DNA of 64,000 nt from Bacteroidaceae bacterium (GCA_017525235.1 JAFXTC010000018.1:1947-65946), one strand, 5' to 3'. Positions 1 to 9,276 are shown, counted from the first letter of the stretch. Program-made: numbers and translations. Notes: a model not told the origin generated them from the sequence alone.

Positions 1-513
1 GAGGTCTGCTATATCAATCTTCTAAAATCGTGGTATAAGTCACCCATCAGAATCATTTCGCACATCGAAGGTACAAAGATCACGCCAACGTTGATTGAGA
101 AACGTACAAAGGAACTCAAAATCTCTCAATGGGATAAGGTGCACACATTCCTCATGTACGACATGGATGTACAGGCCATCAATGAGAAATTGCGTAAGTG
201 TAAGGCAGAAATGTTGCTGAGTAATCCTTGCTTTGAAATATGGTTGCTACTTCATGCTAAAGACCAAAAGGCTGCAATCGAAACGGATGCACTCATCAAA
301 GAGTTGAAGAAAAGCGCCCCCATGTGGAAGAATTACTCCAAGTCAGCCTTCACTGATACTCAAAAAGCATTTCTGAACGACAACACAGATGTTGCTGTTG
401 CGAGAGCAAAAGATTTGTGTGAATTCCAGAATCCATCAACAGGCATCTACAAATTGATTGAAATGCTTTCAAGTGATGCACGCCAATCGCTAGAAAGTGG
501 AAAGAGAGTTTAA
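1..513 (+). CDS. RloB-like protein, 5'-partial (enters from upstream of the window)
   Basis: Frame 1 is open from base 1 (EVCYINLLKSWYKSPIRI... precedes the listed Met). The C-terminal half carries NPCFEIWLLLH, the motif I associate with RloB-like (restriction-linked ORF) proteins, which usually follow an AAA ATPase gene. Confidence 0.65.
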   Translation, partial: EVCYINLLKSWYKSPIRIISHIEGTKITPTLIEKRTKELKISQWDKVHTFLMYDMDVQAINEKLRKCKAEMLLSNPCFEIWLLLHAKDQKAAIETDALIKELKKSAPMWKNYSKSAFTDTQKAFLNDNTDVAVARAKDLCEFQNPSTGIYKLIEMLSSDARQSLESGKRV

Positions 514-865
514 TAAAAGACCAAAATCCTAAACATGTTTGATAACAACATCGGCTTTAGAATTAAAGGTATAACGAGAAAGAAAATCTCGATGCTGAGT
601 CATTCCTCCAAACCCCATTTGGAGAATGGTTCACTGACAAGAAAAAGAACATCGCAAAGAACTGCTCCATGCTGCCTAAAGATTCATTGGTGTCGAAAAA
701 GGGCGTGGAAGCTGATTTGGCATACATCGAATTATAAAGGAATCACACACATCAACCTTGATTTAATATCATCACCTTGGTTGATCATGTCCCTAAAATG
801 ATGTGTAAGTAGATTTGTGAGAAATAGAATCATAAAATAAATATTTTAATAAAGTAACAACCAAA

Positions 866-3800
866 ATGGAAGCACTCGAAATATCATTAAGTTTCCTGAT
901 TTCGTATATAGTAGGAAATGTTCCATCTATTAAGGATTTGTTGGAAATAAACACTTCATTAGAAGAAAAGTTAGAAAAGTGTTTCAAGAAGGCCGTCAGT
1001 GATTGGGATGTTGATCCAGAGACAAAAAAAATGTTTGGGGATAATATGCCTCGATATTTGATTCACCTCAAGGAATTCCTTTCCCATACTCCCAAAGGAC
1101 ATCACCCAAAAGAGAATGAGCTTTTGAGGTTGTGGGCAGATTATATTATATCTGATGCTGACTGCAGTGCATTTATTCTGAAACATCAGCAGGATATAAT
1201 ACAAATGGATATACAACGAGGTTTCCAACGGGCAGAAGATATTTTATGCGATCTTAAATCTGCTATGGATGAGGAATTTCAACGTGTCCAGGAAAAATTG
1301 GATAGGTTGCTTAAGAGAGGAGTCTATTCATGTTCTGATTACTGGGATCGATATTCTACAATTGATACGGAAAAGAAACTTCCACAATCGATTATATTAT
1401 GTGGAAGAGAAGACATTTTCCCCAAAATCACTGGAGCCTGCAATAACCCTTCGTTGCTTAATATTGAATCAGAGACGCAAAAAGAGTCGCTTGCATTTGC
1501 TTGTGCTGTAGTTTTGTCATTAGGGAAAGACTATTCAGACAGAGCTTATGTTGTGGAAGACACAGGAGCCTACAAAGAACTATCCGTTATAGACAAACCA
1601 TTGATTATCATCACAAGTATCCTTGAAAACCATGCTATAGCTGTAAAAAATAGACATACCGTATTGTGTTGTGTTTCGCATCAAGATAGACTCCAAAACA
1701 CTATTAGGTTAGGAGAAATAGACAGAGATGGTTTTGTAGATGCCCTGAAGGATGCTGGATATGATGAGGCAAAAGCTAGGACAATGGCACGAGACACTTC
1801 AAGGGACATCAATAATTTTTGGCGCGCTGTGGGTATTGTAACAACAGCTCCCACTTGGGAAGACAACAAGAATATCAAGCTACTCATACCTGCTATGCTT
1901 TTAGGAGAATGGAGTGAATTGGTGAAGAACGATTGCGATATAGTATCGCAATTATCCAAGATGCCTTATGATGATTATATGCGCGAACTACACTTGATAA
2001 TAGCAGCTGAAGAATCGCCATTAACTAAAATCGGAGGAATATGGAAAATACGATCTCCTTATAACTTGATGCGACGTTTCTTCAGAGATATTACAGAAGA
2101 GGATATAAAAGCGTTTCTAAAATGTGCAGATTGGCTTATCGAAGACGATGATCCAGATGCTGTGGACAAAATGGATGCTGACTCCTTGAAATTTTGGAAG
2201 GACAAGCATGCTTTCTCTGATGCATTAAGAAGCGGTGTTTTCCAAGGAATTACTCTATTAGCATTGCTGCAAGAAGAAAACCTGGGTAGTTCAGAATTGA
2301 TTCGAAACTTTTTTCAGCAAAAACTTGATAGTTTCGGTCTGGTAAGATATTTATCGAACCGTAATTATCTTCAGTTGGTTGCAGAGGCTGTCCCTTCGGA
2401 GTTCTTATGCTATATTCAGTCAAATATGCGAGATGATAGTGAACTACTAAAAGAAATTTTTGAAGTAAGACAGCGAAAGTACGATATAGTTGGCACATCT
2501 ATCTATTACACAGATCTTCTTTTCTGTTTGGAGAATCTTGCATGGGATGAGCATTATCTATCATTAGTGACTGATATTCTACTCTATTTATGTAAATACC
2601 CGAATGAAAGCAATCGGGCAAATAAACCAATCAATTCGCTAATGGAAATATATCGATTCCGTCTACCTCAAACGTATGCCACATTTGACCAAAGGATGGA
2701 TATACTACATAATCTCTCTGGAAAATATCCAGACGAGGTAAGAATTTTGTGTTTCAAAGAATTGAAGGGGATATCTTCCATGGTATTCACTCATACAAGC
2801 CAATTCAAATGGAGATGGATGGAAAGGCAGTTTACTCCGAAATATATAGAATCGATTCCTGCGGAATATGTACAAAGAGTAGTAGACTTGATGTTACAAC
2901 TTACACAATGGACTAATGATGACATATGTGATTATTTGGAACTGTCGTCAAATGATTATATGCGTTTTTCGCGCGATTGTTTGCTCGCGGCTATTTCCGA
3001 ACACAAGGATCAAATGAAGGGTAATGACCTAATTGTAGAAACTTTACGAAAAGATATAAAAAGACATCGTTCTTGTAAAAAGGCAAAATGGGCACTGAAT
3101 GATGAGGAATTAAAGCCTTATGTAAATTTATTATCTGAAATTGAATCAGAAGATATTGTCATTCGAAACAAACATTGCTTTGATGAGCTATTACTTGAAG
3201 AACTGGATTTTGATAATGTGGGTTATGAGAAGAGGCATGAGGATACTCTCCAATATCGTGTATCTATAATTGATGAAATAATAGGAGAGAGAGGTATAGA
3301 AGGCGTGTTTCTGTTATCGAGATTGTCAAAGCAGAGTAGTACTATTGCGGAAGCTTTGGTAAAACTGAATGGCGGAAAGTATACAAATGAGATTTATAAA
3401 GGAGTTATTAAAACCTTACTACCAGAACAATTTGTACGCTCGTATTTCTTCCATCTTTATTTCGAGATTGGAAATGATACATATTTAACTATTTGCGATA
3501 CACTGCTCGCAGTTTCAGAGAATCATATTGCCGTCGTATTATATGCGCCTGAATTCAAACGTGAACTTGCAGACCGAGCAGAAAAACTAGGAGATAATGT
3601 GTCCTCTGAGTATTGGAAAAATGTAACACTGTGGAGACTTTCCGAAAGTGATATTCCATTGATACAGATGCGCCTAAAGAGTATTGGAAGATACGAAGAT
3701 CTCTTGACTCTTATGACTCATGGAAGTGTTGTAAGTGCATTCAGCTCGGAGGATAAAGTGTCGCTCCTCTTAGAGATGTTCCGTGCAGGTTTTATTGAGA

Positions 3801-4549
3801 ATATGATTCGAAATGCTTATCATATTGCGACATTACTCAAAACCATTGATTTGCCAACGGAAAAGGTTCAAAGAGATGGTATTCTCCAAATAGAGTTCTT
3901 AATGTACAATCATCTACGTCACTATATACATGGAGAATCTCTACATTTTGTAAAAGAGATTCAATCGTCTCCAGAACTGATGATAGAACTTGTAGAATTA
4001 CAGTATCTTCCAGACAAAGAATTCCGCCAAGAGGAAGATAGTAAAGCTGATAATCCCAATAAAGTAGCAATGGCTCGATTAGCATTTGATTTCTTTTATC
4101 ACTACCATTCGGTTCCTGGTCTTCAACCTGATGGAAAGTTAGACTATGCTATCCTAAATGAATATATTAATCATTTACAAGAACTGGCAATTTCTCATCA
4201 TAGAGTACATGTAATGCCCTTGGTCATAGGAAAAATGATAGGCGATATACCAGAAAGTGACAATTATCCATCTGATGAGATGTGTGAACTAGTTGAAAAA
4301 CTGGCTGATAACGAAATTGACAACCAAATAAGTTGTGCTATTTCCAACAGACGTGGCATGTCGAGCAGAAATCCATATGAAGGTGGTACCGTAGAAAGGA
4401 AACATATAGAAACGCTGAACAAATACAGAGAACGTGCATTAGGTAAGTCACAAAGAATGGTAAAAATATTGTCTGATGAAATTAGAAGTTTTGAAGCTAT
4501 GGCCAAACGAGAGGACGAGATGGCTGAAATGAGAAAATTGAAATACTAG
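866..4549 (+). CDS. 1227-aa orphan protein, function unknown (STAND-like layout with degenerate P-loop?)
   Basis: One uninterrupted 3.7-kb ORF in an AT-rich segment. No Walker A, nuclease or protease motif was recognised. Residues ~180-310 have the spacing of a STAND NTPase core (GRED...LLNIESETQKESLAFA / PLIIITS / RHTVLCCVSHQD / IRLGEIDRDGFVDAL) but no GxxxxGK[ST]. About 900 aa of helical-looking sequence follow. Confidence 0.75.
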   Translation: MEALEISLSFLISYIVGNVPSIKDLLEINTSLEEKLEKCFKKAVSDWDVDPETKKMFGDNMPRYLIHLKEFLSHTPKGHHPKENELLRLWADYIISDADCSAFILKHQQDIIQMDIQRGFQRAEDILCDLKSAMDEEFQRVQEKLDRLLKRGVYSCSDYWDRYSTIDTEKKLPQSIILCGREDIFPKITGACNNPSLLNIESETQKESLAFACAVVLSLGKDYSDRAYVVEDTGAYKELSVIDKPLIIITSILENHAIAVKNRHTVLCCVSHQDRLQNTIRLGEIDRDGFVDALKDAGYDEAKARTMARDTSRDINNFWRAVGIVTTAPTWEDNKNIKLLIPAMLLGEWSELVKNDCDIVSQLSKMPYDDYMRELHLIIAAEESPLTKIGGIWKIRSPYNLMRRFFRDITEEDIKAFLKCADWLIEDDDPDAVDKMDADSLKFWKDKHAFSDALRSGVFQGITLLALLQEENLGSSELIRNFFQQKLDSFGLVRYLSNRNYLQLVAEAVPSEFLCYIQSNMRDDSELLKEIFEVRQRKYDIVGTSIYYTDLLFCLENLAWDEHYLSLVTDILLYLCKYPNESNRANKPINSLMEIYRFRLPQTYATFDQRMDILHNLSGKYPDEVRILCFKELKGISSMVFTHTSQFKWRWMERQFTPKYIESIPAEYVQRVVDLMLQLTQWTNDDICDYLELSSNDYMRFSRDCLLAAISEHKDQMKGNDLIVETLRKDIKRHRSCKKAKWALNDEELKPYVNLLSEIESEDIVIRNKHCFDELLLEELDFDNVGYEKRHEDTLQYRVSIIDEIIGERGIEGVFLLSRLSKQSSTIAEALVKLNGGKYTNEIYKGVIKTLLPEQFVRSYFFHLYFEIGNDTYLTICDTLLAVSENHIAVVLYAPEFKRELADRAEKLGDNVSSEYWKNVTLWRLSESDIPLIQMRLKSIGRYEDLLTLMTHGSVVSAFSSEDKVSLLLEMFRAGFIENMIRNAYHIATLLKTIDLPTEKVQRDGILQIEFLMYNHLRHYIHGESLHFVKEIQSSPELMIELVELQYLPDKEFRQEEDSKADNPNKVAMARLAFDFFYHYHSVPGLQPDGKLDYAILNEYINHLQELAISHHRVHVMPLVIGKMIGDIPESDNYPSDEMCELVEKLADNEIDNQISCAISNRRGMSSRNPYEGGTVERKHIETLNKYRERALGKSQRMVKILSDEIRSFEAMAKREDEMAEMRKLKY

Positions 4550-4791
4550 TATAAACATTTTTTACGTCCAATACGTTCTACTATAATATTTTATTCTATT
4601 TATGATTGATAATATTGATTATTATTGGTGCCTGATAATTAGGAACAATCATTGAAAGAACTATGTAACATGACTCTTGCCACTTACCGTTTCATTGCCA
4701 TTTGAGCATTCTACACCCATCCAAATCAAGAAAAATCATCAAATTTGTGATTTTTTCTGTGTTTTCTTTTGGTTGTTTGGGGAGAAATCTG

Positions 4792-4799
4792 TACCTTTG
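4792..4799 (+). promoter_or_regulatory. Bacteroidota -7 box TACCTTTG (TAnnTTTG), TTTG candidates upstream at 4768-4779
   Basis: Exact match to the TAnnTTTG consensus. No long ORF follows on this strand before the terminator at 4941-4973. Confidence 0.4.
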
Positions 4800-4805
4800 C
4801 AGTGA

Positions 4806-4973
4806 TTTTGTAACATGTTGATTATCAATGGTTATTTCCGTTTTTGCGACATGTATGCAACATCCGGTGCTAACGCATTGATAGTCAGTTAAAGTCGTTT
4901 TCGAGGAGGTTAAGTAATTGTTATAAAAATGATATGAAAAGCGTGCAGTTCTATTGGGCTGCACGCTTTTTTT
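4806..4973 (+). ncRNA. Candidate small RNA (promoter-to-terminator unit without a convincing ORF)
   Basis: Bounded by the TACCTTTG box and a strong hairpin plus T-tract. The only ORF on this strand is a 25-codon ATG ORF (MLIINGYFRFCDMYATSGANALIVS). Confidence 0.3.
4941..4973 (+). terminator. Rho-independent terminator (GCGTGCAG-10 nt loop-CTGCACGC + T7)
   Basis: 8-bp GC-rich stem at 4941-4948 / 4959-4966, followed by TTTTTTT. An A-run upstream makes it potentially bidirectional. Confidence 0.65.
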
Positions 4974-5017
4974 CTGAAAAAAACAACCTCTTTGGTTGGG
5001 GCTTCAGAAAAAAAAGC

Positions 5018-5025
5018 TAATTTTG
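5018..5025 (+). promoter_or_regulatory. -7 box TAATTTTG for the metallopeptidase gene
   Basis: TAnnTTTG match about 34 nt upstream of the ATG at 5059. Confidence 0.4.
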
Positions 5026-5058
5026 TAGCCAGTAAAACTAACTAATATACATAAAACG

Positions 5059-5937
5059 ATGAAACTTACAGGACGAAGAGAAAGTACCAACGTTGACGAC
5101 CGACGTGGAATGTCGGGTGCTAAGATGGGCGGCATGGGTATTGTCGGCATCATCATAGTAGCGTTGATAACATTGCTTTCAGGCGGTAATTTGGGCGATG
5201 TGTTCAATAGTGTAATAAGCAACCCAGAGCTGTTGAATGTCAATGTCACAGAGCAGGCCGAGGGAGGTCGTGAGTTTACTCAGGAGGAACAGGAACTGGC
5301 CAAGTTCTCGAAGCAGATTCTGGCTGGAACAGAAGATGTGTGGACTGAGGAGTTCAAGAAGCTGGGACGTACCTACGAGCCTCCCAAAATGGTGCTATAC
5401 ACAGGAAGTGTGCAAACTGCATGTGGAAACGGACAGAGCAGCATGGGTCCCTTTTATTGCTCAGCCGACCAGTGCCTGTACATCGATCTTTCTTTCTTCT
5501 CTTCTATGAAGCAGCAGTTAGGTGCCGATGGTGATTTTGCCTATGCCTATGTGATTGCTCACGAGGTAGGACATCATGTGGAATACCTGTTGGGTTCGCT
5601 GGGTAAGGCACACGAGCAGATGTCCCGTATGAATCAGACGGACGCCAATAAGGTAAGCGTTCGTTTGGAGTTGCTGGCCGACTTCTATGCTGGTGTTTGG
5701 GCTTACCACGACAATGAGATGTTTGGCAGCCTGGAGGATGGTGACCTGGAGGAGGCAATCCGATGCGCACAAGTAATAGGCGATAACTACCTGCAAGAGA
5801 AAGCTCGTGGCTACTCACAGCCTGAAACCTTCACTCATGGCACCAGCAAGCAGCGTATGAAGTGGCTGAAGCTAGGCCTTACCACGGGTGATATCCGCCG
5901 AGGCAATACCTTTGAGTGCAGCGATGCAGAATTGTAA
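5059..5937 (+). CDS. YpfJ-family neutral zinc metallopeptidase (membrane-anchored)
   Basis: N-terminus MKLTGRRESTNVDDRRG followed by a TM helix; HEVGHH zinc motif; length typical of the YpfJ family. Confidence 0.85.
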   Translation: MKLTGRRESTNVDDRRGMSGAKMGGMGIVGIIIVALITLLSGGNLGDVFNSVISNPELLNVNVTEQAEGGREFTQEEQELAKFSKQILAGTEDVWTEEFKKLGRTYEPPKMVLYTGSVQTACGNGQSSMGPFYCSADQCLYIDLSFFSSMKQQLGADGDFAYAYVIAHEVGHHVEYLLGSLGKAHEQMSRMNQTDANKVSVRLELLADFYAGVWAYHDNEMFGSLEDGDLEEAIRCAQVIGDNYLQEKARGYSQPETFTHGTSKQRMKWLKLGLTTGDIRRGNTFECSDAEL

Positions 5938-5971
5938 CAGTATACAGCAAAGTTTATAAAAAATAACACAA

Positions 5972-6370
5972 ATGAAAAAAGGTATTATTATTAGTTTTTT
6001 GCTGGCTATGATGTCAGTAGTTGGATACGCTCAGAGCGTTGTAGGTAAATGGGTAACAGAAGGGGGTGACTCTCAGGTGGAGATTTACCAGAGTGGTGAC
6101 AAACTGAACGGTAAGATTATCTGGCTGAAATCAGGTGACGGAAAACTGGATACCAAGAACCCTGACAAAAAACTGCAAAGCCGTAAGCTGGTAGGGACCA
6201 ATATCCTGACTGGTCTTGCTAAGAAAGATGATAAGTGGGAGGGTGGCAAGATTTACAACCCCAAAAACGGAAAGACTTATAAGTGCTCTATGTGGCTTGA
6301 GGGTGATAAATTAAAGGTTCGTGGCTACGTAGCTATGTTCTATGAGACACAGACTTGGACAAGGAAGTAA
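5972..6370 (+). CDS. DUF2147 domain protein (secreted)
   Basis: Signal peptide. GKWVTE...GKIIWLK...NPDKKLQSRKLVG...GGKIYNPKNGKTYKC...LKVRGY pattern is typical of DUF2147. Confidence 0.75.
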   Translation: MKKGIIISFLLAMMSVVGYAQSVVGKWVTEGGDSQVEIYQSGDKLNGKIIWLKSGDGKLDTKNPDKKLQSRKLVGTNILTGLAKKDDKWEGGKIYNPKNGKTYKCSMWLEGDKLKVRGYVAMFYETQTWTRK

Positions 6371-6378
6371 GCATTATG

Positions 6379-7113
6379 CTAGAATGCGGCTCCAAGTGTT
6401 ATTGTGAGTTTGCGTTCATACGTCTTGAAACGTTCACCGTCTTTCCAATAGAAGCAATGGTTGGTGATACCGCGTGAATATGTCCCTCGCAGATAGAAAC
6501 CATGGATACGGACTGTAAGGCCAAATTCACAAGCGAAGTTCACACGCTTGGGCCATCCGTCCTCGCCATAATGTAGATATTCCATACGTTCGTAACGGTT
6601 ACGCAGGTAATACCCGTAATAGTTGCCGGATATATAATCCCATACCGAGGAAGTACCCCAGTTGGAATTGGATAGCTTGCCGTAGATAATGCAGTTCATA
6701 TTCACGCCGGCATGCAAGGAGATTTCGGCCCTGTCATCAGCAAACGGGAATGAAAAGGTTCCGTTGACGGGAATATAGAGGTCGCCCTCGCTGAATTTGT
6801 TGTAACCCAAAGGCCTTCCGCTAGCCCAATACTGCTCGTAAGCCAGACCTACTCGGCATCCTATACCAAAATGCTCTGCTAATTTGAATGTGGGATGATA
6901 AAATGCGCCTATTTGAAGGCCATGCAGGAATTTGTCTTCCTGACCGAATAGGTTCTCATGGAAGGTCTCACCGTTCCCGAATTTAGTTACAAACTGCTTG
7001 TTGACATAGCCAATTTCGGCAGAAAAGTTTCCCACATCCATAAATTCCTGAGCATTTATGGCGCCATTCAGACAGAAAACTGATAGCAGGGCTAATAATA
7101 AGTTTTTTCTCAT
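6379..7113 (-). CDS. Outer-membrane beta-barrel (porin-like) protein
   Basis: Signal peptide; alternating aromatic/Gly-rich strands; C-terminal ...ITLGAAF. Confidence 0.55.
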   Translation of the reverse strand: MRKNLLLALLSVFCLNGAINAQEFMDVGNFSAEIGYVNKQFVTKFGNGETFHENLFGQEDKFLHGLQIGAFYHPTFKLAEHFGIGCRVGLAYEQYWASGRPLGYNKFSEGDLYIPVNGTFSFPFADDRAEISLHAGVNMNCIIYGKLSNSNWGTSSVWDYISGNYYGYYLRNRYERMEYLHYGEDGWPKRVNFACEFGLTVRIHGFYLRGTYSRGITNHCFYWKDGERFKTYERKLTITLGAAF

Positions 7114-7134
7114 GGTTTTAATTATGGGATGTGA

Positions 7135-7470
7135 TTATTCGTCGCGTTCGTAGGTGGCAGTGTTGCCGCTGCTTTCCTGAACATCAACCTTATAGCAATG
7201 GGGAACACGGTCGCAAATCCAGCGTGCGATGTTTTCAGCTGTGGGATTAAAAGGCAGGATGCTGTTAAGATCCTGATGGTCGAGGGCTCCGTGAACCAGT
7301 CTTTTTACCTCGGTAAAATCTGTCACCATGCCGTCCTCATCCAATTCTTTGGCTTTGCAATATACGGTTATTATCCAATTGTGTCCATGCAGTCGTTCAC
7401 ACTTGCTTCCTCGTTCCAGTGTAATATAGTGACTGCCGGAAATCTCCATCTTCTTAGTTACGTAGTACAT
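7135..7470 (-). CDS. queD: 6-carboxy-5,6,7,8-tetrahydropterin synthase
   Basis: CERLHGHNW zinc/catalytic motif and ~110-aa size, as in QueD/PTPS. Confidence 0.85.
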   Translation of the reverse strand: MYYVTKKMEISGSHYITLERGSKCERLHGHNWIITVYCKAKELDEDGMVTDFTEVKRLVHGALDHQDLNSILPFNPTAENIARWICDRVPHCYKVDVQESSGNTATYERDE

Positions 7471-7605
7471 CTGTATTCTGTTTTGTTTGCGAAGATACGA
7501 AGAAATATCTTAATAAACCATAAAAGCATGCCTGCAATTTCCCTTATTAATAAAAAGATGCTAACTTTGCGTGTCAAAATCAACAAATAGCTTAAATTAA
7601 GGTAT

Positions 7606-8418
7606 ATGAAAAAGATTATTTTCTTGCTGCTCATAGCTGCAGTATCAATGAGTGCAAAGGCACAGTTGAAGGTTAACAAGTATCACGAGCCCATTAAGGT
7701 AGAAAAGCAATGGCTGAAGTATAATCCGGGAGAGGTTATCTTCCGAGATGAGGCTCCTCAGACTGAGGGTTCGAAGATTTATCATAATATTATTCCCAAT
7801 CCCACTCCATACATTCAGGAGAATGCACGTCGTGTGCTTCAGACATTGTATTATGGTCCTAAGGATAAGAACATTCCAAAATTGAAGACTATCAATTATA
7901 GTTTGGTTGATCAGGATGGTATCAGCTGGAAGTATGGTGGCGGAGATATGGTAGGCGTTTGCTACACAACCGGTTGGATTGAGAAAAGTTTCCAAAATAA
8001 TGATACCATGCGTCTTGACTACGAGACTCGTGGCGTGCTGTATCACGAGTTGACTCATGCCTATCAGTTGAATCCTCAGGGATGCGGCGATTATGGGGAT
8101 TATGGAGAGAACTGGTGCTTCATTGAGGGTACTGCTGATGCAGTACGTTTGGCATGTGGTTGTTTCGAGCAGGACTTCAAGAGCAAGGATCGCCCTCGTG
8201 CAGAATCATGGCGTAAGGGTTATCGTGTTGCTGGTTACTTCATTTATTGGTTGCAGTTAAATAAAGACAAGAACTTCATCCGTAAGTTCAATGCTTCTGC
8301 TGCTGAACTGAACCCTTGGTCATGGGATAAGGCCATGAAGCATATTTTGGGCGACAAGCCTGAGAATGGTGTCGAGGAACTTTGGAACGAGTACTTACAT
8401 GCGATTGGAGATAAATAA
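7606..8418 (+). CDS. Basic secretory protein-like (BSP family) putative metallopeptidase
   Basis: Signal peptide; HELTHAYQ motif; overall resemblance to the plant/bacterial BSP peptidase family. Confidence 0.65.
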   Translation: MKKIIFLLLIAAVSMSAKAQLKVNKYHEPIKVEKQWLKYNPGEVIFRDEAPQTEGSKIYHNIIPNPTPYIQENARRVLQTLYYGPKDKNIPKLKTINYSLVDQDGISWKYGGGDMVGVCYTTGWIEKSFQNNDTMRLDYETRGVLYHELTHAYQLNPQGCGDYGDYGENWCFIEGTADAVRLACGCFEQDFKSKDRPRAESWRKGYRVAGYFIYWLQLNKDKNFIRKFNASAAELNPWSWDKAMKHILGDKPENGVEELWNEYLHAIGDK

Positions 8419-8445
8419 AGTTTAGAGTTTAGAGATAAAAGAAAA

Positions 8446-8472
8446 GGCCTTGCGAATCCGCAGGGCTTTTTC
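8446..8472 (+). terminator. Rho-independent terminator
   Basis: GCCUUGCG-AAUC-CGCAGGGC (8 bp including one G-U pair) followed by TTTTT. Confidence 0.6.
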
Positions 8473-8497
8473 TTTAGGCTTTAGGCCTTAGAGCTGT

Positions 8498-8575
8498 CTA
8501 TAACCAATAACCTATAACCAATAACCTATAACCAATAACCTATAACCAATAACCTATAACCAATAACCTATAATC
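8498..8575. repeat. 14-bp tandem repeat CTATAACCAATAAC, about 5.5 copies, no G on the + strand
   Basis: Read directly. Units start at 8498, 8512, 8526, 8540 and 8554, with a partial unit at 8568. The unit at 8554-8567 encodes the last residues and stop (GYWL*) of the minus-strand DUF554 gene. Confidence 0.95.
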
Positions 8576-9276
8576 AAATAAAAAATGACGGGAACCAGGA
8601 GCGAGGGTAGGAGGTTGACCGTTTTGCAATCCTTAATACCTAAGATGCTGAGGCCGGAACTGATGATGAGCACACCTCCTACAATACTCAGTTCGCTGCG
8701 CATAGGTTCTGGCATAGCCTCGCCAAAGAAATAGGCAATGGCATAGAACATACCCTGCCAGCAGAAAAGAATGGGAGCCGCCAGCAGCATAATCCATCCG
8801 TAGGAAGCTGCCAGTACGGCAGATGTAACAAGGTCTAGGGTGGCATTTGTATAAAGGAATGTATTACCCTGCTCATTGAAAACCCAACCCTGAGAGGGGG
8901 AGAGACAAGATAGCACAGGACCAACTATAGAAAAGGTGCCTATGCAGAAAAGCAGACAGCCTGTAACAAGACCCTCCAGGCCGTTACTCTCTTTCTTTCG
9001 CTTAGCATTAATCTTTGCATTCAGTCGGTCTATGCGTCCTGCCAAATCCAGTTTGGTGCCAATAACTCCTCCTATTGCAAGGCTCAGAATGAATAACACG
9101 GGATATTCGCTCTTTTCCATGTTGGGCAACGAGGCATTCATTCCCAAAACCAGACAGGCTAAACCCAAAGCATCAAATAAAGCCTTTTTGTATTTTTCGC
9201 CAATTCCCTGACGTATGGTAGCACCGAATGTGGCACCTATTAATATGGTTGCGGTATTTACTATGGTTCCTAACAT
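8554..9276 (-). CDS. DUF554 family membrane protein
   Basis: MLGTIVNTATILIGATFG... is the typical DUF554 N-terminus, so the internal Met at 9276 is preferred over 9339. Multi-pass membrane protein. Confidence 0.8.
   Translation of the reverse strand: MLGTIVNTATILIGATFGATIRQGIGEKYKKALFDALGLACLVLGMNASLPNMEKSEYPVLFILSLAIGGVIGTKLDLAGRIDRLNAKINAKRKKESNGLEGLVTGCLLFCIGTFSIVGPVLSCLSPSQGWVFNEQGNTFLYTNATLDLVTSAVLAASYGWIMLLAAPILFCWQGMFYAIAYFFGEAMPEPMRSELSIVGGVLIISSGLSILGIKDCKTVNLLPSLLVPVIFYLIIGYWL

Noticed and set aside
535-801. 88-aa ORF between the RloB-like gene and the 1227-aa gene
   Set aside because: The composition is basic and low-complexity with no family resemblance. Another frame of the same DNA reads like the tail of a real protein (…PFGEWFTDKKKNIAKNCSMLPKDSLVSKKGVEADLAYIEL*) but has stops just upstream and no start. 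The region looks like decayed coding sequence rather than a live gene.
4692-4964. 90-aa minus-strand ORF
   Set aside because: It runs antisense through a TAnnTTTG box and a terminator hairpin, has no credible start context and no family resemblance. The plus-strand promoter/terminator unit explains the region better.
7471-7605. Possible second preQ1 riboswitch upstream of queD (AAGAUA-UUUCUUCG-UAUCUU-CGCAAACAAAACAGAAUACAG-AUG)
   Set aside because: It has a hairpin and an A-rich tail. However, the nucleotide before the 3' strand of the stem is not the conserved ligand-pairing C and the loop lacks ...UAAC. The same bases also resemble a degenerate -7 box (TATCTTCG). This is not enough to call.
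8498-8575. CRISPR array?
   Set aside because: The repeats here (14 bp) and at 58723-58817 (8/16 bp) are head-to-tail with no spacers, far shorter than CRISPR repeats, and no cas genes are present.
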